26,445 bases of DNA from a virus (Duplodnaviria; Caudoviricetes), in IMG/VR virus record IMGVR_UViG_3300025778_000070, positions 1 through 26,445 of that record; one strand, 5' to 3'. A program made the translations under genes and the position numbers. Shown here one piece after another: positions 6,430-13,244 of this stretch. Position 1 is the first letter of the stretch; every line of letters starts with the position of its first letter. The notes under the pieces are model-generated. The model worked only from the letters and a program-made list of their open reading frames with translations. It ran no database searches and had not been told where the DNA came from.

Positions 6430-7146
6430 ATGCACTATTACCAGTTTCATATTGGTGACTACAAGTCACATACGCATCATTTAAATGTCATAGAAGATTG
6501 TGCTTTACGCAGACTTCTTGACCATTACTACCTCCATGAATCTCCCATAAAGCAACGCAATATTGCTAGACAAATTGGGATGTTGGAATATGAAGCAGAA
6601 GTTTTGTCCATTTTGGATGAGTTTTTCATTTCCACAGAAAATGGCTTCGTAAATCCAAGGGCAGATGAGGAAATTGCCAATTACCACTCTAAGGTTGACC
6701 AAGCATCTAGAGCTGGGAAAGCATCTGCTCAACGTAGGTTGAACACTCGTTCAACAGAAAGTGAACAGACGTTCAACGCCCGTTCAACGGGCGTTCAACC
6801 AACCATTAACCATGAACCATTAACCAAGAACCATATATATAGTGATTTTGAAAAAATACTGAAAACAAAGCGAATACCCTTAACTGACACACTCATAGCA
6901 TCTATTCAACTTGAGGCTGACAAGGCTAAATGGTCAATCGAGGATGCTTTAAAAGAATGCTGTATTCGAGGATGGTCCACATTTAAGGCAGACTGGGTTA
7001 TCAAGCCTGACATCATTCACCAGACAGTTCCTAGCAAACAAGGCAGAGACCCAACCCTTATAAAGCTAGAAAATGATGCCAAAAACGCAGTTTCAATGCC
7101 TGATGAGATAAAAGCTAAATTTAAGATGATTAAGGGAAAAGTATGA
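6430..7146 (+). CDS. Replication initiator, YdaU/DUF1376 family
   Basis: MHYYQFHIGDYKSHT.HL...E...LRRLLD.YY N-terminus, central iteron-encoded linker, C-terminal ..RGW.TFKADW domain. Confidence 0.85.
   Translation: MHYYQFHIGDYKSHTHHLNVIEDCALRRLLDHYYLHESPIKQRNIARQIGMLEYEAEVLSILDEFFISTENGFVNPRADEEIANYHSKVDQASRAGKASAQRRLNTRSTESEQTFNARSTGVQPTINHEPLTKNHIYSDFEKILKTKRIPLTDTLIASIQLEADKAKWSIEDALKECCIRGWSTFKADWVIKPDIIHQTVPSKQGRDPTLIKLENDAKNAVSMPDEIKAKFKMIKGKV
6726..6835. repeat. Iteron array / probable origin of replication inside the initiator gene
   Basis: Seven units at an 11-bp period (6726-6799; exact CGTTCAAC at 6748, 6770, 6781, 6792), then five 7-bp AACCAnn repeats (6801-6835) and an AT-rich stretch. 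Confidence 0.75.
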
Positions 7147-8225
7147 AATTAATATCGACAATTGAACAAGACGAGATTACTAAGAAATTATCACAATCAT
7201 TTGATTATGAATTTGATGGTTCAGTTTCTTTTCAAGTACCCCTATTTGATGTTCCTGAACAATTTCAAATAGGCTTAATCGTAGGAGCTTCTGGATCAGG
7301 CAAGTCTAGTATCCTAAATACGATTGGTAAGGCTTCTAAAATCGAATGGAACAGCTCCAAAGCAATTTGTAGTCATTTTGCTACCTCAGATGAGGCTCAA
7401 GACAAATTAAACGCTGTAGGGCTTAATTCAATCCCTTCATGGCTTAAACCTTATCATGTTTTGTCCACAGGAGAAAGGTTTAGGGCAGATTTGTCTAGAT
7501 CATTGGTTGACAATGCAATCATTGATGAATTTACCAGTGTTGTTGACAGAAATGTAGCCAAGTCTTGCTCTTATGCAATCAATAGGTACATCAGAAAGTC
7601 AAACATTCAAAAAATGGTGTTTGCTTCTTGCCATTACGACATCATAGAATGGCTTCAACCAGATTGGGTTTTTGATACCAATACACACCGACTTACAGTC
7701 GGAAGGGGGTTAGAAAGGCCATCTTTACAGTTGGAAGTCGTTCCTTGCAATACCGAGGCATGGACAATCTTTTGCAACCATCACTATCTCTCATCAAAGC
7801 TCAATAAAGGTTCACGATGTTGGCTCGCAACATGGGAAAACCAAGTTGTTGGATTTGCCTCAGCTATCCCTTTTCCCTCTGGATCACTGAAAAACGCATG
7901 GAAAGGCCACAGAACAGTGGTTTTACCTGATTTCCAAGGATTAGGCATTGGTGTACGATTAAGTGATGCAATAGGTCAAATATTTGTAAATGAGGGTTAC
8001 AGATATTTCAGCAAATCAAGTCATGTCAGATTAGGTGAATATAGAAACAACAGCCCTAAATGGAGACCAACAGCTCACAACATGAAAGACAGAAAACAAT
8101 ACTATAAAAAATTAAACGATATAGCCAATGGCGTATCTACAACTAAAGACTTTTATTCATCTGAATTGCGTAAAAAACATGCTTCAAGGATTTGTTATTG
8201 CCATGAATACATCGGAATTTGTTGA
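7143..8225 (+). CDS. ABC-type ATPase fused to a GNAT-fold (Mom-like) acyltransferase
   Basis: Walker A GASGSGKS, signature LSTGE, Walker B IIDE, H-loop SCH; C-terminal HHYL and RTVVLPDFQGLGIG (acyl-CoA-binding motif A); no TM segments. Confidence 0.85.
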   Translation: MKLISTIEQDEITKKLSQSFDYEFDGSVSFQVPLFDVPEQFQIGLIVGASGSGKSSILNTIGKASKIEWNSSKAICSHFATSDEAQDKLNAVGLNSIPSWLKPYHVLSTGERFRADLSRSLVDNAIIDEFTSVVDRNVAKSCSYAINRYIRKSNIQKMVFASCHYDIIEWLQPDWVFDTNTHRLTVGRGLERPSLQLEVVPCNTEAWTIFCNHHYLSSKLNKGSRCWLATWENQVVGFASAIPFPSGSLKNAWKGHRTVVLPDFQGLGIGVRLSDAIGQIFVNEGYRYFSKSSHVRLGEYRNNSPKWRPTAHNMKDRKQYYKKLNDIANGVSTTKDFYSSELRKKHASRICYCHEYIGIC

Positions 8226-8379
8226 ACACTATGCAAATTTAGCCCTTAAGCCTGAATGGATTGATTACGTCAGGCATCAGGTTAGGGAAATGGAAAAACA
8301 CAGAATGTTTACAGGCTTAGGTAAAGCAGTTGCCCAAAGAATTAAGGAAATGAATGTTTCACGTCACATTCAAAGTTGA
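8203..8379 (+). CDS. Hypothetical protein
   Basis: MNTSEFVEHYANLALKPEWIDYVRHQV...; bridges the ATPase-GNAT gene and RusA. Confidence 0.55.
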   Translation: MNTSEFVEHYANLALKPEWIDYVRHQVREMEKHRMFTGLGKAVAQRIKEMNVSRHIQS

Positions 8380-8773
8380 TGGTCCTCCTCATGGCAAAGG
8401 CAGACCAAGGTTTGCCAGAATGGGCAATTTTGTCAGAACTTACACTGATGACAAAACCAAGTTTTATGAGGATTTAGTCAGGCTTTCTGCTCAAAAATCA
8501 ATGGGTATGTCTGAACCTCTTAAAACAGCTTTAGACGCATTTATTTATATCTCCCTGCCTATTCCATCAAGTTACTCTAAAAAACGCACTGAGGCTTGTT
8601 TAAGTGGCTTAGAAAAGCCTATTAAGAAGCCAGACATTGATAATGTTGCTAAATCAGTGCTGGATGGGTGCAATGGAGTAATTTTTGTATCAGATTCTCA
8701 GATTGTTAATTTACATATCACCAAGACTTATGGTGTTCCTCATGTTGAGGTATTGATTAGGGAGACAGAATGA
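8354..8773 (+). CDS. rusA: RusA-family Holliday junction resolvase
   Basis: G.P.GKGRPRF...TYT, KKPDIDNVAKSVLDGCNGVIFVSDSQIV catalytic motif. Confidence 0.93.
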   Translation: MFHVTFKVDGPPHGKGRPRFARMGNFVRTYTDDKTKFYEDLVRLSAQKSMGMSEPLKTALDAFIYISLPIPSSYSKKRTEACLSGLEKPIKKPDIDNVAKSVLDGCNGVIFVSDSQIVNLHITKTYGVPHVEVLIRETE

Positions 8774-8877
8774 ATACTTTTTTAATTATTCTGATACTTT
8801 TTTTTGGATTATTTTTTGTATTGATGATCTTAATTGCATCATGGGCAGTGATTGAGGAGCTATCCAATGACACCTGA
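8770..8877 (+). CDS. Small single-TM peptide (35 aa)
   Basis: Hand-translated MNTFLIILILFFGLFFVLMILIASWAVIEELSNDT; ATGA overlap with rusA, GGAG RBS. Confidence 0.55.
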   Translation: MNTFLIILILFFGLFFVLMILIASWAVIEELSNDT

Positions 8878-9193
8878 AAGACATGCCCAATATATTTACG
8901 ACAATGCTACCCAATATGGCTGGGCTAAATCAAACAGAATTGGTGTTGAACTTAAACTAAAAACAGCTAAGGCCATGATTATGAAACAAGTAGCTGAGGA
9001 ATTTAACCAGATTTCAGCTCAAGAAAGGGAGGCTTTAATTCATCCTGAGTACACCAAGCTAATCAATGATCTGATGCAAGCAGTAGCCATAGAGGAAGAA
9101 CTCAAGTACAAGTTAGAGGCTTCTAGGCTGTCTATTGACATTTGGAGGACTAGAGAGGCATCTGAGAGACTTGGTATAAGATCACATGAATGA
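8867..9193 (+). CDS. Conserved helical phage protein (possibly UvsY-like)
   Basis: K..KA..MK...ISAQEREA..HPEY...IDIWRT..A..R; GAGGAG RBS before ATG 8867. The UvsY resemblance is a weak inference. Confidence 0.65.
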   Translation: MTPERHAQYIYDNATQYGWAKSNRIGVELKLKTAKAMIMKQVAEEFNQISAQEREALIHPEYTKLINDLMQAVAIEEELKYKLEASRLSIDIWRTREASERLGIRSHE

Positions 9194-9540
9194 TGTATCC
9201 TAAAACCCAATATATTCGCTCTAAGCACCTTTTACAGCTCGTTGCGATGATGAATTGCCAAAGGTGTGGGTTTCATTTGGCACAGGCTTGTCACTCAAAT
9301 TGGCATGGAGGAAAGGGTAGAGGAATAAAGGCTAGCGATAACTATATCGCCGCGCTCTGCCAGACCTGCCACCACGACATCGACCAAGGCCATCTAATGA
9401 CCAAGCAAGAAAGAATGCACGAATGGTATCAAGCTCACCTAAAGACCTTGCACTTCCTCTTGATCACTGATCAATGGCCTCGCAACATCCCAGTCACTGA
9501 CCTCTATTTAGCCTTTTCTGAGGCTGGGAATACCTGCTGA
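9190..9540 (+). CDS. Zn-binding HNH-like putative nuclease (DUF968/YbcO/Ref-like)
   Basis: CQRCG...ACHSN...GKGRGIKASD...ALCQTCHHDID. Confidence 0.75.
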   Translation: MMYPKTQYIRSKHLLQLVAMMNCQRCGFHLAQACHSNWHGGKGRGIKASDNYIAALCQTCHHDIDQGHLMTKQERMHEWYQAHLKTLHFLLITDQWPRNIPVTDLYLAFSEAGNTC

Positions 9541-9723
9541 AGGCTGACCAGATGGGCTATGACGAGGATGAGCATGGCTCATGTCTGTCTTTTCATGTGC
9601 TTTGAGTTCTTTCTCAATCTTCATCACATGTTCTCTCTCTTTTTGCCATTCTTTTTGAACAACATAATGTGAATCATTGTCTTTTTTAGACTCACCACGA
9701 GTGACTTTAAAGTTTGTTGCCAT
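9508..9723 (-). CDS. Hypothetical protein, last gene of the late operon
   Basis: 71-aa ORF 2 bp after the endolysin stop; overlaps the convergent gene by 33 bp. Confidence 0.6.
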   Translation of the reverse strand: MATNFKVTRGESKKDNDSHYVVQKEWQKEREHVMKIEKELKAHEKTDMSHAHPRHSPSGQPSAGIPSLRKG

Positions 9724-9725
9724 AA

Positions 9726-10322
9726 TTATCCTAAAACGCTGAGTGCGTGTTTTGTTAAAGAAATCCTATCCTCAAGGCCAATTGTTCCACCATTGATTCT
9801 CTTAGTCAAACCTACCCAATCTTCCCTTTCAGCAAAGGCATTGCATCCATGTGTTGACCAAAACCAACCAGCACTAAGGCTTGCATACATGGGAGTTGCT
9901 ACCAAGTCAGGGTTTTGAACTATGTCCTTTTGGATAGATTGTCCACAGTGATAATAGTTGTCGTGACCAGTCAGTTGAATTAAGCCTCTGCCATGAAAAC
10001 GCCACCCATCACCTGATGCTTCATCCCTATTGCCCATTCGCTTTTGGTATATCCTGTTAGCAATCATCTCTGGGTGATGTGCGTACTTCTGTAGCTCCTC
10101 AGAATCTTTAAAATGATGAGCAAATAACTTAGCAAGCGTTTCAGGCCTATAGTTAAGATTCTCTTGTAACGCCTTAAAGTGATTGGATTCATGGGCACAT
10201 TGTCCTATAAAGGCTGATTGTTGTTTAGTGTCACTGATTCCAAATGCTGTAAACGTAGTAGTCAATGGCTCTGACCACTCAATACCTATTCCTAGAGCAT
10301 GGAGCTTCTCAGGGCTTAACAT
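9726..10322 (-). CDS. Endolysin, glycoside hydrolase family 19 (chitinase-like)
   Basis: FIGQCAHES...L.ENLNY, GDGWRFHGRGLIQLTG..NY, SAGWFW, TKRINGG..GL.DR. Confidence 0.93.
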   Translation of the reverse strand: MLSPEKLHALGIGIEWSEPLTTTFTAFGISDTKQQSAFIGQCAHESNHFKALQENLNYRPETLAKLFAHHFKDSEELQKYAHHPEMIANRIYQKRMGNRDEASGDGWRFHGRGLIQLTGHDNYYHCGQSIQKDIVQNPDLVATPMYASLSAGWFWSTHGCNAFAEREDWVGLTKRINGGTIGLEDRISLTKHALSVLG

Positions 10323-10770
10323 TGACCATCTCCCTTACTTTTTGGTAGGTGTCGATACAGGCATTGAGCTGAGTGATTGCTGTGTCTCCTTCTGTTGCGA
10401 TGGAGACAATATCTTTAATAACCTGTCTGTCAGATTGGCTGTCATTGGCTGAATCTCCTCTGGCAGTGGAGGCATCTGTACTGGCTTGTATGGCACAACT
10501 GGAGGGGAGGTGCAACTCACCAGAGTCAATACGAGCATTAATAGTAGATTGCTTGGTTTTAACGTCATTTTTAGCCTTTAAAAGTGCAATAGTCGTTTGT
10601 GTAATTTTCTTATTTAAATCTACTTCTTTTGCTCTAGCTTCTTCATTAAGTCTTGCAATTTCTGCTTGATCTTCTGCCACTCGTTCTTGATAGCCTGAAT
10701 GATGTCCATAGAAATAAACTCCTAAAACAGTGCAAATAGCACCAATGATGAACCAAGGATTAAATAACAT
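10309..10770 (-). CDS. Rz: Rz-like inner-membrane spanin
   Basis: N-terminal TM (MLFNPWFIIGAICTVLGVYFYG), coiled coil, C-terminal EGD.AI.QLNACI..Y; start at ATG 10770. Confidence 0.85.
   Translation of the reverse strand: MLFNPWFIIGAICTVLGVYFYGHHSGYQERVAEDQAEIARLNEEARAKEVDLNKKITQTTIALLKAKNDVKTKQSTINARIDSGELHLPSSCAIQASTDASTARGDSANDSQSDRQVIKDIVSIATEGDTAITQLNACIDTYQKVREMVNVKP
10335..10568 (-). CDS. Rz1: Rz1-like outer-membrane lipoprotein spanin embedded in Rz
   Basis: Signal peptide with lipobox LVS-C followed by Pro-rich TSPPVVPYKPVQMPPLP; fully nested in another frame of Rz. Confidence 0.8.
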   Translation of the reverse strand: MTLKPSNLLLMLVLTLVSCTSPPVVPYKPVQMPPLPEEIQPMTANLTDRLLKILSPSQQKETQQSLSSMPVSTPTKK

Positions 10771-11224
10771 GACTTGCCCTTGCTTGTGACATTCTTTCTC
10801 TTTCCTCATCTGACTCTAGCACAGGAAGACCTGATGGAGGAGGAGGAGGTGTCCATGCCTGATTTGGGTCAATGCTAAAACCAGATGTCGAATTATTGAA
10901 ACTCATAGGTTGACTATAAGGTGAACCATAAGGTTGACCCATAGGTTGACCCATGCAAGGGTTAAAAGGCATTGGAGGAGGACTAGGAGGCACACTAGAC
11001 TTGCCTGTAAGGACCAAGCTCACTACTGTGAATATCTGTGCCATAGCCATAGAAAGAATGGCTAGGATAGCCTTGTCAGCAGGAGCTTCAGTAAACAAAG
11101 GCTGTTCAATAAAAACAATACTGTATGAAAACAGCACTGTTACGAGGACAAGAATAAAACAAAACGTCTTTAGGATAAACGCTTTGGTTTCAATGTCTAC
11201 TTGTTCAGGGGTTTTGTGTGCCAT
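10760..11224 (-). CDS. Two-TM membrane protein with Pro-rich tail (holin candidate)
   Basis: MAHKTPEQ...AFILKTFCFILVLVTVLFSYSIVF...AILAILSMAMAQIFTVVSLVL; lies in the lysis cassette; start reassigned to ATG 11224. Confidence 0.65.
   Translation of the reverse strand: MAHKTPEQVDIETKAFILKTFCFILVLVTVLFSYSIVFIEQPLFTEAPADKAILAILSMAMAQIFTVVSLVLTGKSSVPPSPPPMPFNPCMGQPMGQPYGSPYSQPMSFNNSTSGFSIDPNQAWTPPPPPSGLPVLESDEERERMSQARASHVI
10904..10951 (-). repeat. Four imperfect 12-bp tandem repeats encoding GQPM-GQPY-GSPY-SQPM
   Basis: cataggttgact / ataaggtgaacc / ataaggttgacc / cataggttgacc. Confidence 0.6.
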
Positions 11225-11378
11225 TTTTTGGTTTGTTGAAAAATTCTGGGCAATTTTGCGATGCAACACAAAGGGGAGGCTTGCAATCCTCTTGCTCCCA
11301 ATTCTTAGGGTCTTGGCAATGGTATCTATATCTATCTTCACAAGACACCAACAAAAGAGTTAAAAGTAACCACTTCAT
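11205..11378 (-). CDS. Small Cys-rich lipoprotein (57 aa)
   Basis: Hand-translated MKWLLLTLLLVS-CEDRYRYHCQDPKNWEQEDCKPPLCVASQNCPEFFNKPKNGTQNP; lipobox, four further Cys, ATGA overlap with the upstream gene. Confidence 0.8.
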   Translation of the reverse strand: MKWLLLTLLLVSCEDRYRYHCQDPKNWEQEDCKPPLCVASQNCPEFFNKPKNGTQNP

Positions 11379-11614
11379 TTTCCTTCAATCCTTGCTAAAG
11401 CCTTATTCACCCTAATTTCCATCATTTTGATGTCAATGTACATCCAAGACAAAATTGGAATAAACAAAAGAATGACCACCATCAAAATCACGACAACATA
11501 GACGAAAAACGTACGATCATCATCATTACCCATACCCATCCTATCATCAGAGCTGTCAGAGTTATAGCTATTGCCTTGTCCTGAATTTCCTCTTGACGTT
11601 GACGTTTTTGCCAT
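11375..11614 (-). CDS. Single-TM membrane protein
   Basis: TFFVYVVVILMVVILLFIPILSWMYI hydrophobic segment; start uncertain; overlaps the upstream gene. Confidence 0.6.
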   Translation of the reverse strand: MAKTSTSRGNSGQGNSYNSDSSDDRMGMGNDDDRTFFVYVVVILMVVILLFIPILSWMYIDIKMMEIRVNKALARIEGK

Positions 11615-12213
11615 GCTATTTTCTTTTTCTTGTCTAACTCTGCCTTTCTAGCCAATGCTTGTTGATTAGCAATATGACCTACCATTTTGTTAACCCTCGA
11701 ATAAAGGTCTTTCATTTCCTCTGGTACATGGTAGACCATGTACTCCCTCATCTCCTCATTCAACTTTTCCATCTGCAAGTTAGCAATAACTAGCTTGATT
11801 GCAATGTCTTGTCCTTCTTCACCACTAGCTGTTAATGCAATTTCCTCTTGTTCCTTAGCATAAGCCTTTAAACCATTGTAGGCATGAAAAAACTTAGTCA
11901 AAGCATCAGCAACTTGAGCATAAATTTGATTTTCATCAAAATCTGCTTTTTTCTTTTTGCCAGCATTTAAAGGCTTTTTTTGTACATTTTGTGCAATTTC
12001 TGGTTTTATTTTCTTGTTAAAACCAAAAATATTACCAAAAAATGCCCAGATGCCTTTTGCATCTTTTTGAATGCCTTTTACATCCTTGACAACTCCATCA
12101 ATCTCTTTTTTGGCATCGACAACAAATTGTCTGCCTTCCTTGTACATTTCGCATGACTCTTTAACGAGTTTGAATGCTGAAGTGGCAAGGGCAACAAGAG
12201 TAAATGGATCAAT
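11488..12213 (-). CDS. Coiled-coil protein with C-terminal TM anchor; probable ATT start
   Basis: The ORF-track ATG at 12147 is preceded by 22 open in-frame codons (ATT-DPFTLVALATSAFKLVKESCE) with AGGGGG 6 nt upstream of the ATT. Confidence 0.7.
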   Translation of the reverse strand: MDPFTLVALATSAFKLVKESCEMYKEGRQFVVDAKKEIDGVVKDVKGIQKDAKGIWAFFGNIFGFNKKIKPEIAQNVQKKPLNAGKKKKADFDENQIYAQVADALTKFFHAYNGLKAYAKEQEEIALTASGEEGQDIAIKLVIANLQMEKLNEEMREYMVYHVPEEMKDLYSRVNKMVGHIANQQALARKAELDKKKKIAWQKRQRQEEIQDKAIAITLTALMIGWVWVMMMIVRFSSMLS

Positions 12214-12216
12214 TTT

Positions 12217-12402
12217 TTACCCCCTAGTAATCAAATGAATCAAGAGTCCAATGATTGCACCAGCTCCTCCTATGAGGATGCCTTCTAGACGCTTTAAACG
12301 TGCGTTAACGCCACGCATTTCCTTTTCAATGCCTTCATACCTTACAGCACAGATATCAATGTGTGAGTCGATTTTGCTCTCCACCTCAGCTAGGCTCATC
12401 AT
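12217..12402 (-). CDS. XhlA/hemolysin-like small membrane protein (holin-like)
   Basis: H..ICAVRYEGI...NARLKRLE coiled coil plus C-terminal TM ILIGGAGAIIGLLIHLI. Confidence 0.7.
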   Translation of the reverse strand: MMSLAEVESKIDSHIDICAVRYEGIEKEMRGVNARLKRLEGILIGGAGAIIGLLIHLITRG

Positions 12403-13244
12403 AAGCCTCTTAAGAATGCAATTGAAAAGGTTGTGTCAGCTACTGTGCTTGGAGTGGTGCTCAGTGATCCACCAGAAGACTGGGCAACAACACCTTGGAT
12501 GTAATCAGTTGATCCATTGCATTTAACAATGGTTGAGCAGACTGGGGTGCTTCCCAAGGCTGAGGAGGCCGCGACGTTATAGTCCACCAACGTGCTCCCA
12601 TTCTGCAATACCCCACACCCTACCTGATACCCAGCACTGGTGCTTGAAATGGTGCAACTCACGTTCACTTGGTAATACCCTGCCACATTAGGTGTGTAGC
12701 AATAATTTGACTGTACCCAAATGCTATTAGTGTCATAGTTCACTGTCTCATACTGGATAACAGTCACTGTTGAACTAGGGATCGACTGAGCTGTGATTTG
12801 GTGAACAAATGCTACAGGAGGACTTGCAACACCTGTGCCTCCACTTGTTCTACCTAAAACACCTGAAAATGAGACATTAGGAGTTGTTCCAGTAGTCACA
12901 GAAATGGGTGATGTTCCAGTCACTGATGAGACTGCTGTGGTGTTTCCATAATAGCTAGATAGACCAGCAATGTTGTCATAAGTGCCAATCAGGTTTGATG
13001 AGCTATCAGTCAACACAAATTTGTAGTTATAGCCTTGAGTTAGCCAAATCTCATAAGGAGGTCTGCCATCAGTGCCTAAGATAATAGGATTGGTGTTTGG
13101 AATCGTGCCTGCTGAGTCTGTGTAGGTTGCTAGTGGAGTGCTAGAACCTGCTAAATAAGTGTAGAGAAAGCCACCATTGAGAGGCAATCCTGTAGAAGTA
13201 GTTTGTGCTACTGCGTTGAAGATAGGGGAAAGATTGACGCTCAT
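12399..13244 (-). CDS. Short tail spike/fibre: virion-binding N-domain plus C1q-like C-domain
   Basis: GLPLNGGFLYTYLAGSSTP.ATY.D..G...NTNPIILG.DGR anchor; C-terminal F...TAQSI...YD.N...YTPNVAGYYQVN...FS.AFLR jelly-roll pattern. Confidence 0.7.
   Translation of the reverse strand: MSVNLSPIFNAVAQTTSTGLPLNGGFLYTYLAGSSTPLATYTDSAGTIPNTNPIILGTDGRPPYEIWLTQGYNYKFVLTDSSSNLIGTYDNIAGLSSYYGNTTAVSSVTGTSPISVTTGTTPNVSFSGVLGRTSGGTGVASPPVAFVHQITAQSIPSSTVTVIQYETVNYDTNSIWVQSNYCYTPNVAGYYQVNVSCTISSTSAGYQVGCGVLQNGSTLVDYNVAASSALGSTPVCSTIVKCNGSTDYIQGVVAQSSGGSLSTTPSTVADTTFSIAFLRGL

Noticed and set aside
6726-6835. CRISPR or mini-array
   Set aside because: Repeats are 7-11 bp with no unique spacers and lie in frame within the initiator gene; better explained as iterons.
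7143-7720. ABC transporter
   Set aside because: No transmembrane partner or substrate-binding gene; fused to GNAT in a replication operon.
11224-11341. N-terminal extension of the 2-TM protein given by the ORF track (start 11341)
   Set aside because: That interval is better explained by the 57-aa lipoprotein in another frame; ATG 11224 gives a normal short overlap.
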